Shown: positions 36,775 to 50,287 of the stretch, in pieces
Layout: each line of letters opens with the position of its first letter
How positions within the stretch are numbered: the stretch's first letter is position 1
DNA from: Octopus vulgaris
Taxonomy: Eukaryota
Reading direction: 5' to 3'
DNA: 64,000 nucleotides
NCBI GenBank assembly: GCA_951406725.2
Contig: OX597820.1
Location: 37,510,001 to 37,574,000, forward strand
The notes under the pieces: generated by a model
The model's database searches: none
What the model saw: the letters and a program-made list of their open reading frames with translations, nothing else
What the model was told of the DNA's origin: nothing
Position numbers and translations under genes: made by a program

Positions 36775-37628
36775 GTGTACATACACATGTGTGTGTGTAT
36801 GTGTGTACATACACGTGTGTGTGTGTGTGTGTGTGTATGTATGTGTGTACATACACGTGTGTGTGTGTGTGTGTGTATGTATGTGTGTACATACACGTGT
36901 GTGTGTGTGTGTGTATGTATGTGTGTACATACACATGTATGTGCTTGTGTATGTGTGTGTGTGTGTGTATGTATGTGTGTACATACACATGTATGTGCTT
37001 GTGTATATGTGTGTGTGTATGTATGTGTGTACATACACATGTATGTGCTTGTGTATATGTGTGTGTGTATGTATGTGTGTGTACATACACATGTATGTGC
37101 TTGTGTATATGTGTGTGTGTATGTATGTATGTGTGTACATACACATGTATGTGCTTGTGTATATGTGTGTGTGTATGTATGTATGTGTGTACATACACAT
37201 GTATGTGCTTGTGTATATGTGTATGTGTATGTATGTATGTGTGTACATACACATGTATGTGCTTGTGTATATGTGTATGTGTATGTATGTGTGTACATAC
37301 ACATGTATGTGCTTGTGTATATGTGTGTGTGTATGTATGTGTGTACATACACATGTATGTGCTTGTGTATATGTGTGTGTGTATGTATGTGTGTACATAC
37401 ACATGTATGTGCTTGTGTATATGTGTGTGTGTGTGTATGTATGTGTGTACATATGTATGTGCTTGTGTATATGTGTGTGTGTATGTATGTGTGTACATAC
37501 ACATGTATGTGCTTGTGTATATGTGTGTGTGTATGTATGTGTGTACATATATATGTATGTGCTTGTGTGTATGTGTGTGTGTATGTATGTGTGTACATAT
37601 ATATGTATGTGCTTGTGTGTGTGTGTAC
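35674..37628. repeat. ~1.95 kb compound micro/minisatellite (TA, TG, TATG, then 25-55 bp units with gtgtacatacac)
   Basis: Directly visible; it accounts for the six 641-735 aa low-complexity ORFs. Confidence 0.97.
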
Positions 37629-38689
37629 AATTCTGTGTGTTTAATTCTTTGAATTTTTTTCTAAAGAAGGTATTGGTTTAGCTTTATCATTGGAATTCAA
37701 ATAATGACATCAAAAGATATATGTTGAATTTTCGGAAAGTTTTGTATATGTTTGCTTTTCCACTTAGAGATTTAATATATAGAGTGCGTGTTAGCTGGTG
37801 AGTTTTCTTTACGTGAAGACCATAGCTTTTAGAGAGAACTGTTCCAGATGCTTATCAATACAAGTGTGAACTTATAAACTGGTTAGAGAAGTTGTAGGTT
37901 TTGAAGCAGATGTTCGCAGATGTTATCTTTCTCACTGGTTTTGCACCGTGACCTTCCCAGCTATATATAATTTTGTTTTCTTGTCTCAAACAATTGCAGC
38001 AGGCCTGTAGTCCTTACTGTTGGCAGACATTTGTATGGGAATGTTCCACCAGCACCTCTTGTGTTGAAATGTATGAATGTATTCAATTTTTGAAAAGTTT
38101 TCTACATATGTCCTGGAGCTTTTCTGACCGATTGAGTTTTATATTATTTAACTCTAGCATTTGAACCGGCCATATCTGGCCAAAATATTCTACCTCTTTT
38201 ATGTTCAAACTGACCAGATCCAGCATTTTCCACTGATCCTACAATGTCATTCTAAGAATATAACAGTCATATCATTGAAATATTGAAGCTACGAAATAAT
38301 GCGTAATTAATTCAACATCATGCTATATTGAATGGTAATACCTTGATATTTTTTAGCAGCTACTGATCATGTGTAATGTAATGTCTTCCACAAAGATGTA
38401 ACATAATTGACATTTTCAATTGCATTTTCGTGGTTTCAGTATTTCACATTTGTTTAAAAGGTATTTTTTTCATTTTATGTGTGTAGGCATGACAGAATAA
38501 TCAAGAAGTTGGCTTTCTAATCATGAGCTTCTGGATTTGATCTCACTGCGCAGCACCTTAGGAAAATGTTATTTTTCACATAATACATTTTATTTTGGTT
38601 GTACAGACACACACTGAACCTGAACCATGTGGTTGGGAAGCAAACTTTTGAACCAAAAGAAAATGTAATTTATTATTTTCAATAAGTTG

Positions 38690-39930
38690 ATTATCTTGAT
38701 TCAAATATTGGCTATACTAAATCTGGCAAAAGATATCTAGAAAAAATATTGGTGCTTTTGAAAATTACTGATTCCATAGAACATAAAGTCAGTATTGTTG
38801 CTTGTCTATTAAGGGCATAGTAAACCTTACTGTGCAACCATTTAATGATTAAGAACATACCATTTAAATGGACAGATAACTGTCAAAGTTTTGATGACTT
38901 GAAACAAATGACAGATCACACAATTCATGTATTGCACTGAAAATTGCCACTAATTTTTGTAGTAGATGTGTCACCAGTCTCTGTTGGAGCAGTTTTGCTA
39001 CAAAGTAAAAGTGGGGGTTGAACAAAGCTCATGCCTTTAAAACACTAAATGCACATCAATGACCAGCATCCGCTTTCCATGCTGGCATGGGTTAAGATGA
39101 TTTTACTGGAACTGGTAAGCTGGAGAGCTGTACCTGGTTCCAGTCTGATCTATCATGGTTTCTACAGCTGGATACCCAATGACATTTTGAATTAATCATT
39201 GATCATAAGACACTAACAGATATTATCACCAAATAAAAATATACTGGTGCTTCAATCTTTGCAATTACAATGTTGGGTGGCTTTCTTTGTGTCTTTCAAA
39301 TATATGATATAATATAAAACTCTGAAGCAATATTGAAAATGCCAATGCGTTCTTAAGACTACTGATAGGATTTAATTAGAATTTTGATGGAAGATGTAAA
39401 AATCATTCTATCTGGATTTGTTTGAAATTATTCATGTAAGTTTTGATGGTATGCCAGTTACCACTAAAGAAATTGAATCAGCCATGAAGTCTGACATTGA
39501 TATTATTTGAATTAATTGATCAATAATGGGTGACCAGTAAAACTGAATTTCAATGATGAACTGTAAGAGAATATAGGATAAATTGTGATGCAATTAATTG
39601 TCATGGGAATTTAATCTTGAAGTCCAATTCTCATGGAGTAATTATTCTAAAAATATTCCAAAATTAAATTGTGATCGTCTGCATGAATGTCATTGGGATA
39701 TGGCCTAAATGAATTGAATGATTCGTAGATACTGTTATTGGTCAAAAATGCAATCCAGTGCAGATGTGATAGCCAAATCATGTTCAGCATGTCAATCAAT
39801 TGCTGCTGCATCTGATTAAGAATCTAAAGAGTGGATAAAATCATCTGGACCATGGTAATAAATACATATGAACTACCTTAGACCATTTTTACTGACAAAA
39901 GTATGGCTAAAGATAACGGAGAAAGAAATA
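38690..39930 (+). mobile_element. Ty3/Gypsy LTR-retrotransposon pol relic (RNase H to integrase), interrupted by a SINE at about 39060-39175
   Basis: Manual translation: KLPLIFVVDVSPVSVGAVLLQ from 38941 (cf. LxxDASxxGVGAVL); DHKTL near 39200 (cf. TDHKPL); from 39673 DRLHECHWDMA*MN*MIRRYCYWSKM...AKSCSACQ...GPW**IHMNYLRPF (integrase zinc finger and PWxRIHxDYxGPF). Confidence 0.85.
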
Positions 39931-40049
39931 TGGACATGAGAGTTAATTTGTTGGGATAAACTGGAAAAGACTGTCATGAGGCCTGCAAGCTAACCTCTGC
40001 CTTAGCTGGAAATGACTTAAAATGTTTGTTGTGCTATATTGTATTATTA

Positions 40050-40245
40050 GAGCTAGCAGAATTGTTAGAATGCCAGGCAAAATGCTTAGTGGCATTTCAC
40101 TCGTCTTTATGTTCTGAGTTCAAATTCCGCCAAAGTTGACTTAGACTTTCATCCTTTCAGGGTTAATAAATTAACTACCAGTCAAATGTGATCGACTTAT
40201 CCCTCTCTACAAATTTGAGGCCTTCTGCTTATAGCAAAAGGACTA
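40050..40245 (+). mobile_element. SINE family A copy
   Basis: gagctagcagaattgttag...gttctgagttcaaattccgcc...ctttcatcctttc. Confidence 0.8.
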
Positions 40246-41639
40246 TTTTAATGATTCAATAACAACTTTTATGCTGAAGTAAAATTTGAATAAGCTGGAA
40301 GTGTGGTTGGGAAGAAATTTTTTTTTTAATGGTTTGAAACTTGAAGAAATGCAAAATTACATGTATAATGAGAATATAGAATATATTATTTCACATCAAT
40401 TAATAATTCTTCTAATATTCATTTAAGTTTTATATATTCATATGTATGTATGCATGTATTATATTAGTCTCTGAAATAGAACATGTATGAAGCAGAGAGT
40501 GTAATGGTATAGAATGGTGTTATATTGCAGTTCAGATGCTATAACAACAAAGATGTTCTATCGCAACAGTTCATGCTTGCTTTTCTTTTCAGTTCTCTTC
40601 TTTCAACTCTTCCTAATCTTCCCCATTCTTTCTCACTCTCATATTCTCCTGTTATCCCTCCACTTGTTCATTTTCACCCTCTTATTCCTTTCCTATCCAT
40701 CTTTGATCCATTCCCATGTTATTCTTTATTCTTTCTGTGTCTTACCAACACCTCTGTTCTTTCTCTCCCTATTATTTTTTGTTCTGTTTTTCTGAGTTGC
40801 TATTACTTTCTTCAACTCTCCCTATGCCTCCATAATTTTCTTGTACTATAGTATATTGGTGTTGGTTATACTGTAAAGTTATCTAGGTTTACAAATCCAC
40901 ACCTAACATGATGCTCCACTTCTTCCACCACTCTCACTAGACTCACTGGTCAACCTAAATTTATGCAATATATACAACTATGTTTCATAATTCTATGCAT
41001 GTTGCATTGTAGTGGATCTTTTGTACCATCAATAACTCAAAGTCTAAGGACTGATATAACATTGAAAATTGGTGTTTCACTTTGACCTATGTAGTGTTAA
41101 GTAGCTGAGAAACTAATCTCTTTGGACAGAATGCTAGCCTATTGCAGATAACTTTTCTCTTACATCTGTTGCTGGCTCTGCATCTCAATAGACTGATGTA
41201 AATGATCAAAACCCCAGGATTTGAAAAGTTGGTGGGTGAGCTTCTATGTGGTTGCTTTATTTACTAGCATCAGTAGCCAAATCTTGAAATTATGGCCTAT
41301 TGTCTTTAAAAAAAAAAAAAAGAAATTGGATTGTCGTGGTTGCGAGGTCTTTGCTCACAAGTTCACTCATTGAAGGCTGACTCGAGGCTCAACAACAACT
41401 GATGTAATTAACATAAGTATTTTGTCTGGAGAAAAGGGCAAAGTCAACATAGGAATATGAGCTTGCAACCTGCTAGTTTCTTGTTTGATCATCTCCATGT
41501 ACCAGGCCTGCAGGCTTCAATGATCATGGACCTCCTCCACCTTTCGCCTCATACACAACCTAGCAGATTATGGGTTAGTCTTTCTGTAGCTAGTTAGTAA
41601 GGCTGTCAAATGTTTTCTTTCACTATCTTCTCCTGTTTC

Positions 41640-41822
41640 TTCCCCAACATTGCTTGACAACTGATGCTGGTGTGTTTATGTCCCTGTAACTTAGCAATTC
41701 AGCAAAAGAGACTAATAGAATAAGTACTAGGCTTATAAAGAATAAGTCCTGGGTTCAATGTGCTCGACTAATGGCAGTGCTCCAGCATGGCTGCAGCCAA
41801 ATGACTGAAAAAGTAAAAGAAT
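41640..41822 (+). mobile_element. SINE family B 3' half
   Basis: Matches 50095-50287. Confidence 0.8.
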
Positions 41823-43714
41823 ATATGTAACCAAAATACTATTTTACTTTTTCCTCAATTTCTGTGAAAACACTTTGCTCACCAAAAATACTGTACTAAT
41901 TTTATTGTATTAATCTGTTTCTTTTCTTTCTAACCAGTATCTTTTGCCAGTGATGATTGTAGTGGTTGGTGATATTTAGCATTCTTATTTCTTTTTCGTT
42001 AAGGATATAGAAGTTATCAGAAAAATGAACACACCCTATGGTCTTTCAGCTACCTAAAATGCACAAACATTGGCCTATAACTTGGAACATGCATCCATAC
42101 GTATGCGTGCGCACACACACACACACACACACACAATTATATATTAAGATGATTGTTTCTTATCTTGTTCTGTACAATATCAATGTTCTTGCAGCTCTAA
42201 CCAGAAGGGCTGCCTTGCATAGAATTGAAGTTTTCAGTGATGTTTCTATGACTTTGCGGGTTATATAACACCACCTCCCCTACTACCATAACTACTGTAG
42301 AGGCAGCCTCTATTTGGCTGCTCAACCTGCTAGAAATAGCAGCCGAACTTCCCTAAGTTATGCCATAACATCCTGAAAATTAAAAACTATATTGGTTAAT
42401 TTTGTTTTAGATATATGATGCTTGAGAGAAGGGCAGAATGGTTATGGTTGGAATGCCTTTGAGCATAGATTTATTCAGTCACAGCAGGCTTGGGGTTAAA
42501 CAGCAGCTACAACAACAAAACTGCATTGACTTTCAAGGAGAAAACAAGAATGTGAATGTAATTCATTCCGCGAAACTAAAGACGATTGTGGTTGATTAGT
42601 GTGTGTGTGTGAGTGTGTGTATTCTGTTTACTTTATTGATCATATCATTTAGGTCGAATTCCCTCTCCACTCATACCTTCTTCCTTTTAGAAGAAATTGG
42701 ATACATCTATCAAATCACTTCTCTCCAGCAATATTATTTTTTTTTATTCTTTTTTTATTTGTAAAAAATCTTTATATTTTTGTATTTTCATTGTTTATAT
42801 TTACTCATTATTACAAAATGTTAATTGCACTGTTGCAGTGTACCAATTTTAAACTCTTTGTTTTGCAAGAATCAGTTAATGTATACAATGTCTCTTGATG
42901 GAATTAAGAGAAACATGTGCAAGTCAGTGGTGTATTGATTTTTGTTTTTCTCTCTTTCTTTTTTACTCTTTGAAAATTTAGCTTGTCGTCACATTTAGTG
43001 TATGCTTGGTCTTCCTTCTACTTTTGTGTCTGTTTTATATTATCATATACTTTAAAAAAAAAAAGTTTCTCATGTTTATGTATAGGTGTGTATGTTGATT
43101 TTTATTTTAGCTTCTGGTCATCTCTAATCAAATAGATTGGGGGTCAGCGAAATGGGGTAAAAACGAAATTCTTGGGGGGTAACGAGGACTCATTAGACAT
43201 AAGTAAAACTATATAGAAAACATGTTCCTTGTTATGAGGAGGTAGTCAAAATGTTGTTGACTTTTGTAACAGCCTACCTTTGCAAACAAGGATTTTCATT
43301 CTAATGAACATGAAAACAAAGCAGAGTGATCGATTGCACCCTGATGACTGTATCTAAATTTCTCTGGCACCAAAATGCCCCAATTTTGATGTAATGGTAA
43401 CAAAAATGAAACGTCATTTCTCCAAAACTTGAAGTGAAAAAGTTTCTGGAAAAATTCTCTTGTTTCATAATGAGGATATTAATTTGTTTTATAGTTTTTA
43501 TATTTATAATTGCACTGTCTATAAAAATAAATTCAATAAGAATCAATGATTTTCTTCTTTCCAAATCAAGGTTGGCATAAATATATTTTGGGGTAATTGG
43601 TTAAAAAAGTTTCCCAACCCCTGAAGTTGATCAGTGGTCTAAAGCACTCCAATCTGTTATTTTAACCATTTTTAAGATGGTTAGGTGTTATGTGAAGGAG
43701 TGTATAAAATAGAG

Positions 43715-43833
43715 CAGTCATGGACACACCTAACAAAACAGAAAAATGACCGTCACTTCTTTTAGTTGTGTAGTTTGCCTGATATTGAGCCAAATCATGT
43801 GGTCTGCTTTTCAAAAAAGGTTGTCCATTCCTG
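43715..43833. mobile_element. Small hAT-like MITE
   Basis: Ends cagtcatggaca / tgtccattcctg; imperfect 8-bp flanks aaatagag / cactagag. Confidence 0.5.
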
Positions 43834-44839
43834 CACTAGAGGTTCTTAATATTCTTGACTTTATAGTGCACTAAATATCAAATAAAAACTACTGATGTAC
43901 CTAAGATAGAGAAAAAAAAGGCAACACTTTTTTCTCTTGTATTTCCTAAGATTTCTAATCAAGTGATTTGTCTCTCTATTAATTTTCATCCTTTCATTGT
44001 TGTTGTTCCCTCCAGTAAGAAATGTTCCTCCTCTAATAGTTTCTTTCCTCAAGTATCTGTCTTATGGACCCCTCTTCTTTCTTGTTTTCTAGACAGATAT
44101 GATCTTGACTCTTTAAGCATTCAGATTACTCTGTCAAATGCATTGCTTATTCACATTGTTTTGAATTTATCATGCATTATCTCATAGGTTTTAGATTTTA
44201 ATGATATTGTTTATTTTTTTTAGAATGACATGGTAGGGTAGGTGTGACAGGTCCAATCTGGCTGGTTTGAACATAAAAAGGTTGGCTATTTGGGCTGGAT
44301 ATGACCAGTTTAAATGCTAAGAGGTTAATTCTTTTAAATCTTGTGTTGACTATTTTTAAAGACATTCTTTTCATTCTTTTCCTTTTGTAACTCTCATAAT
44401 ACGAGGTGGTTGCTTGAGGCTGTTCAAGCTTGGTTGCTGGCCACCTCGGAAGTAACTTCTAATGAATAAATAAAGAAAAAGTTCAAAATTTTGACATACC
44501 GGATCTACTCACAAGGCTTTGGTTGGACTGAGGCTATAGTAGAAGACACTTGCCCAAGGTGCCATGCAGTGGGAGTGAACCTGAGAGCATGTGATCAGGG
44601 AGCAAACTTCTTACCATATATCCATGCCTCCACCTAGCACATTTTTTAAATGCTCAAATGCTAGTATGGATTTTTTGAAGTCTTATATATTAAAAAAAAA
44701 AATTATGGCACACTTGCTTACTCTTTGCAGCATGTCAGTGTGACACTGTGCATTATTTGAGAACCATTGGCAAAGATGTTCTCTGGTTTTTCATTTGAGC
44801 GATTGATCATAGGAAGCTGTCAAGCACATACATATGAGC

Positions 44840-45243
44840 CAGGCATGTACCGTCAGTAATTATTCAGGATAGGCAGTTGGTGACGTTTATGTAGTAAAAC
44901 ACACACAAAAAAAATAAGCAAAACACAGGCATGTGACTGAGTTGGAGGCAGATTTACTTCTGCCTTTATAGCACGTAAAGAAAACGTAGGAATGTATGCA
45001 GCATGTGTACTACGGCAGTACTATGTGTAGCTTTAATACTGAGATTGAAAGGCAGGGGTTAATTATGCCTACCTAATCTATAAAAACTAAAGTATTTTGC
45101 ATTTTATGCATAGTAATCTGAGTAATCTTCATAATTTTATTGAATTAGGTGCATATTTTGCCATAAAAGGAAAATGTTACTATCGATCTATTTTATTCAG
45201 AGTAGGCACTGCCTACCTTGCCTACCCAGATGGCATGTCCCTG
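44840..45243. mobile_element. hAT-type MITE with a perfect 8-bp TSD
   Basis: TSD atatgagc at 44832-44839 and 45244-45251. Ends caggcatgtaccgtc / gatggcatgtccctg. Subterminal taggcag/ctgccta motifs. Confidence 0.85.
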
Positions 45244-46168
45244 ATATGAGCACATGGATGAGGAGTCAAAGCTGACAAAAAGGTCAGGTGTTAGTATTTT
45301 GTCATGACACTGTTGTGTCTATGGAAAGATACCAAACTCTTGAATGGCCCAACATACAAAACTGTAAATAGGTACCATAGGAGGGGAGCAACTGATTGCT
45401 TTAGGCAACAACTGCACTATAAAATAACAAGTGTTTTAATGACATGTAGTACTGGGCTCAACTCTTCCTGTCTGAATGGTCAGAAGAGAATGAGTTGTTG
45501 AGGGTGTCTTTACATGACTCTTGCTAGAAATAACAGTCATATCTCACTTATAACAAATTGTAGTGTATTTGAGGGACTAGATTCTGCTGGTGTCATTTAG
45601 GTACTAGTTAGTCTCTATATCCCTTGATAACTATTAGTATAAATAGTTGATTTGATTGTTAGACAACTGAGTGGTATTTGCAGCTACAATATGCATCTAA
45701 CATTGTCTTAGTGTTATGTCACAATAACATACCATGTCCCTTGAAAAAAGATTTTTTTAAGGCCTAACATGCCAAATAGTTTATGACCTAACATACATAT
45801 ATATTAGCAGAGTTCACTCTGATGCAAGCATTTGAACATTGAGCTGCAGGATATTGACTTAAAGATGGTCTCCATGATCATGATCACAACCTCTCCTTAT
45901 CTTATGAACTTGAAAACAATACATATGTACCCCCCACACACACACACGTGAGTGCATAATTACAGAGACACTTTCTTTGCCCTCTGGAATGTTGCCTTCT
46001 TTCATCCTATCACCATACAACCAGCTGCACATGCAGAAACCTGTGTCTTGCTACTATTGTCTTCTTACAAAACCATGCCCTGAGTGTGCTTTGATGCACC
46101 CTATACACAAGCAAGTACTGTAGGAATATAGTGCATCTGTGACATGGTGTCAGACTAGACTGAAATAT

Positions 46169-46209
<41 letters not shown>

Positions 46210-48984
46210 TACAACCAAATACACATGCACATAGCTGCTCTTAAGCTAACCTGTAGTAAAAAAAAAGCAACAACAAAAAACAAACAAAAAGTACAAACAA
46301 AAGGAAGGAAAATGCATATCTAATAACATTGACTATTTTTCTCTTGTCAAATATGATACTGCTCTTCTGGCAAAAAAGAAAAAGATAAATTATCGTTATT
46401 ATTAATATTATTTGTGTAGCCTAGAGCTTCAGGAATTATCAAGTGTATTTTTAGGTTACATTCCAATTGTTATTAGCTGAGAGAATACAACATTTCGATA
46501 TCAGGACACTATTCTGCTATGAGATTATCACGCACAGATAACTAGATCTATCTTTATATGGTTTAATCTATTTACTTGTTTCTTAGTATTGTTAGACAAG
46601 AGAAGCTTAGTCTGCAGAAATTTCCTGGTTTGGAGTAAACTATCTGATGTGTTGTAGACGTGTTGTGAACTTGGGACGACATTTGGAGTTCTGGCTGGGA
46701 CAAACCTTGGGCATACATGGTAAAATAGCTATTTTCTTTGGAAATTATATATATCATTTGTATCATTTATTTTTCTTTATTGAAAAAATAATAACAGAAA
46801 TTCTCAAAACAGGAACAACTATTAATATGTCCTAAAACAAAAACATAGCCTGTTATAATCATCATCTTTGGTTTTGTTTCTCTTGTTTAGCTGTGGGTCA
46901 GTGCAGGATTGAGCTGATTTATTACTAAAAGCATTCCACCTGTAATATCCCACATCTTTTTTTTTAATTTAAAAAAGTTTTTATTTAGATGTTGTATTTC
47001 TAGAACTAAATTATTCAATGTTCTTCTTTTTCTAACATGAATAATTTGAGGAGATTTAGATGCTATTTCTGGCAGGTTGAGCAACAACATAGAAGCTTTT
47101 GTTGGTTTGCTTATGCTCTGTCGTTTTCTTTTTTTCCATTATAGTATGGCTGAGGCAAGCTTGCTATATGGCAAATAGGATATGATTGGTCACTTTGTGA
47201 GAAATTATCATCTAAGGTTTTAGACAGTCTTCCATTGGAATACCTAGCTTACCTTCTGCTTTTACTTGCATTGTGTTGACACTTACCAATGAAAACCATC
47301 ACGACTCTCTTCACACTAACAAGAGAACTAACTATGTGGTTATTTAGTATGTAAGTATTAGCAGCCAAATCTCCAAGTTGTCCCCTACTGTTTTAAAAAA
47401 TCAATGCAAAAAGCAACCAAACCAGTATGTTCCTAGTTAAAATGGCTTTGATCATAGGTCTGCTCAGTCAAAGCTAACAGGTTAACAAACACCATTGCTA
47501 GTTTCCATGTATCCTAGTGGTTACATTAAAACATACATACTTTCCATATGTTTTTTTTTTCTATGTCATCTTTTCCAGTTATGAGGCTAACTCTGGCCAC
47601 TTCCTTGATCTCCCTCCACTGTACATTGCTAATTTCCTTCCTTTCATTAAGGTTATGTATTTGGTTTGCATTTAATTTTCTCTTTTGTTGCTGCTCTTGT
47701 TGTTGTAGTAAACTAACACGGGTTGGATGCTTCTGGAAAGTTTTATATATTTTCAAGTTATTCTTATTTGTGTATGTGTGGGGGATGTAAATTTTTTTTT
47801 CCTTTTTGTGGATGAAAACATTTTCTAATTTTAAGCAGTTCTGCCTGAAAATGAGTGAGTAAATTTCTATGTGCTCTATGACCTCCTAGAAAAGAAAAAT
47901 AGCAGCCAAATTACACACAAATCATACCTAGCTATCTTATGTAAGGAAAGGACATATTACTTAATTTAGTCCTAAAAAACAGGATGGGTCACACTTGCAA
48001 AGCCTTTGATCACGAATTGCTGCACTGGGTTTAAACAACAAAACAATCATTCATCCATAAAGTAGGACCAGTACATTTCGTGTGAGGTTCATTTATTTCT
48101 TGTGATTCAACTAGCTTATAGCTGGAAATATTAAGATTTCCAGTTATTTATAGGATAAAATGAATTTGATTTATTATGGAGCTTGGGTAGAACGCTGTTT
48201 AAAAGTACTTTGGCAAAACATTCTATCTAGAAATTTCTACACTGTACCCTACTCCATGGTACAAATTTACTGTTAAATGGTTTGGTCAGATTTTCTCTTT
48301 TGGTTTTACTATTGAATCCAACAAGCAGTGTCTGTAACTTTTATAGGCTTTTCCAGATGGGTGGGGTCGATTTAGTTGATGTTCAGCTTGAACTTTTGCT
48401 GAGTGGTACTTGTGGATTAAAATGAAGGTCAGGAAACCAATAAGGAGGTCTCATAAGTGTTTGACTGAGCTCCTAAAAATAGCAACCAAATTTTCTTCAA
48501 ATTACATTGTACCATCTATAATATAGTCATAGATATATTAAGTATGAATAAATGATGAGATGATTATGTCCAGTGTGCCTTTTAGCATAGTCCTGGGGAT
48601 AACAGTAATGCTGTTAAGAAGGGAATTTCAAGGGACTGTAGTTTTATGATGGAAACATTTAGCAACATGTTTTATTGTAAGGATAGGAGGGATTAAACAA
48701 TGTATGTTGAGAGGTGGATCTGGTGTTCTTGGATAGTTTCAGCTCCTACTAGTTCAGAGGAATTGAAACCATTGCTGTGTTGGATTATGACATGCTTGTG
48801 GAAGGACATTAACCTTTAATCATGTAGCTTATAGTCTTACTGCCTGTTGACCCGCAACAGTCTGCAGCCACTTGTTGAATATTATGTTAGAATTAATAAT
48901 TCTATCATATTGGCATGATATATACAGAAGGCAGCAATAGCTGGTGCTTAAAGTCCATTATCACTATTTAAGTAGAGGTTAACC

Positions 48985-49260
48985 TCCTGACTCCATGACA
49001 ATCTTTTCCATATTGTCTTATCTACTACACCCTACTTACACTCTTGGCCTTATTTTCTTCTCCATCATCTTTCTCAATCTTCTTTACCCAGTCATGTTCA
49101 TCCTTCTTCAGCACATGGCTCAGCCATTTCATCCTATTTCTCTTTGCAATTTACATCATTGGCTATATTCCCATCATCTTCTACAATTCACTACACCTTT
49201 CTCTCTGTCAAATAACACTCTACTCATCCAGTGAACCTTTCTCATTTTTGATCTTCCCCA
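48985..49260 (-). mobile_element. RTE LINE 3' coding remnant
   Basis: The minus strand reads AKRNRMKWLSHVLKKDEHDWVK (cf. RTE R.RL.W.GHV.R....WVK). Confidence 0.6.
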
Positions 49261-49554
49261 CCATAAATCACTTTATTTCTTACATATACAAACATTTTTC
49301 TTCAGTTTCAGTGAAGTTCAAGGAAGAACCTTTTACCTTTTACTTGTTTCAGTCATTGGACTGTGGCCATACTGGGGCAGTACATTGAAGGGTTTTAGTA
49401 GAATGAATTGACCTTAGGACTTATATTTTTTAAATCCTGGTACTTTTTCTATCAGTCTCTTATGCCACACTTCTAAGTTATGGGAACATAAACAAACCAA
49501 TACTAATTGTCAAGCAGTGGTGGAAGACAAACACAGACACACATGCATATTTAC

Positions 49555-49605
<51 letters not shown>

Positions 49606-49898
49606 AGTGGTTATAATCCAAGCTGTCTCCTCATGAAGCACATCTGTATGTTTGCATTAATCAAATGTTTGTATATAGACACAGAAGTTTGGTGCAGTCT
49701 TCTGCCTGGTCAGCTTATGTCAACTCATCCAACCCATACCAGCATGGAAGGTGGACGTTGAACAATGATGATGATAGATGTTTTATTTTGAATGAGATGC
49801 ACATAGCAATTGAAATTTCTAGTGAATTCTATTTGCAGAGTAATTACATATTTACATATCAAAACAGAGATTGCAGACTTATCCAGTCTTTTGTTTGA

Positions 49899-50287
49899 TA
49901 GGAGTGGCTGTGTGGTAAGTAGCTTGCTTACCAACCACATGGTTCCGGGTTCATTCCCACTGCATAGCACTTTGGGCAAGTGGCTTCTACTATAGCCTCG
50001 GGACGACCGAGCCTTGTGAGTGGACTTGGTAGGTGGAAATTGAAAGAAGCCAGTCGTATATCTGTATAGATATGTATGTGTGTGTGTCTGTTTGTCCCCT
50101 AACATCGCTTGACAACCGATGGTGGTGTGTTTACTTCCCCGTAACTTAGCAGTTCAGAGAAAGAGACCGATAGAATAAGTACTAGGTTTCTAAAGAATAA
50201 ATCCTGGGGTCAATTTGCTTGACTAAAGGCGGTGCTCCAGCATGGCCGCAGTCAAAAGACTGAAACAAGTAAAAGAGTAAAAGAGTA
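49899..50287 (+). mobile_element. Full-length young SINE family B, nested inside a minus-strand family B copy (49335-49550 and 50288-50437)
   Basis: A box tggctgtgtggtaag, B box ggttcattccc, CORE-like ttgggcaag, internal (TG)n and a gtaaaaga-repeat tail; many CpGs retained. Confidence 0.9.

Noticed and set aside
36020-37628. CRISPR-like appearance (constant unit with variable gaps)
   Set aside because: The 'spacers' are only variable-length (TG)n, there are no cas genes, and the context is eukaryotic.
35368-37681. Six long ORFs (641-735 aa), His/Thr/Tyr-rich or Cys/Val-rich
   Set aside because: Purine/pyrimidine-alternating repeats cannot form stop codons. All six frames are open and there is no other coding signal.
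44402-44452. Hairpin cgaggtgg...ccacctcg followed by gaag, as a possible hammerhead
   Set aside because: There is no CUGANGA before the stem and no GAAA after it.
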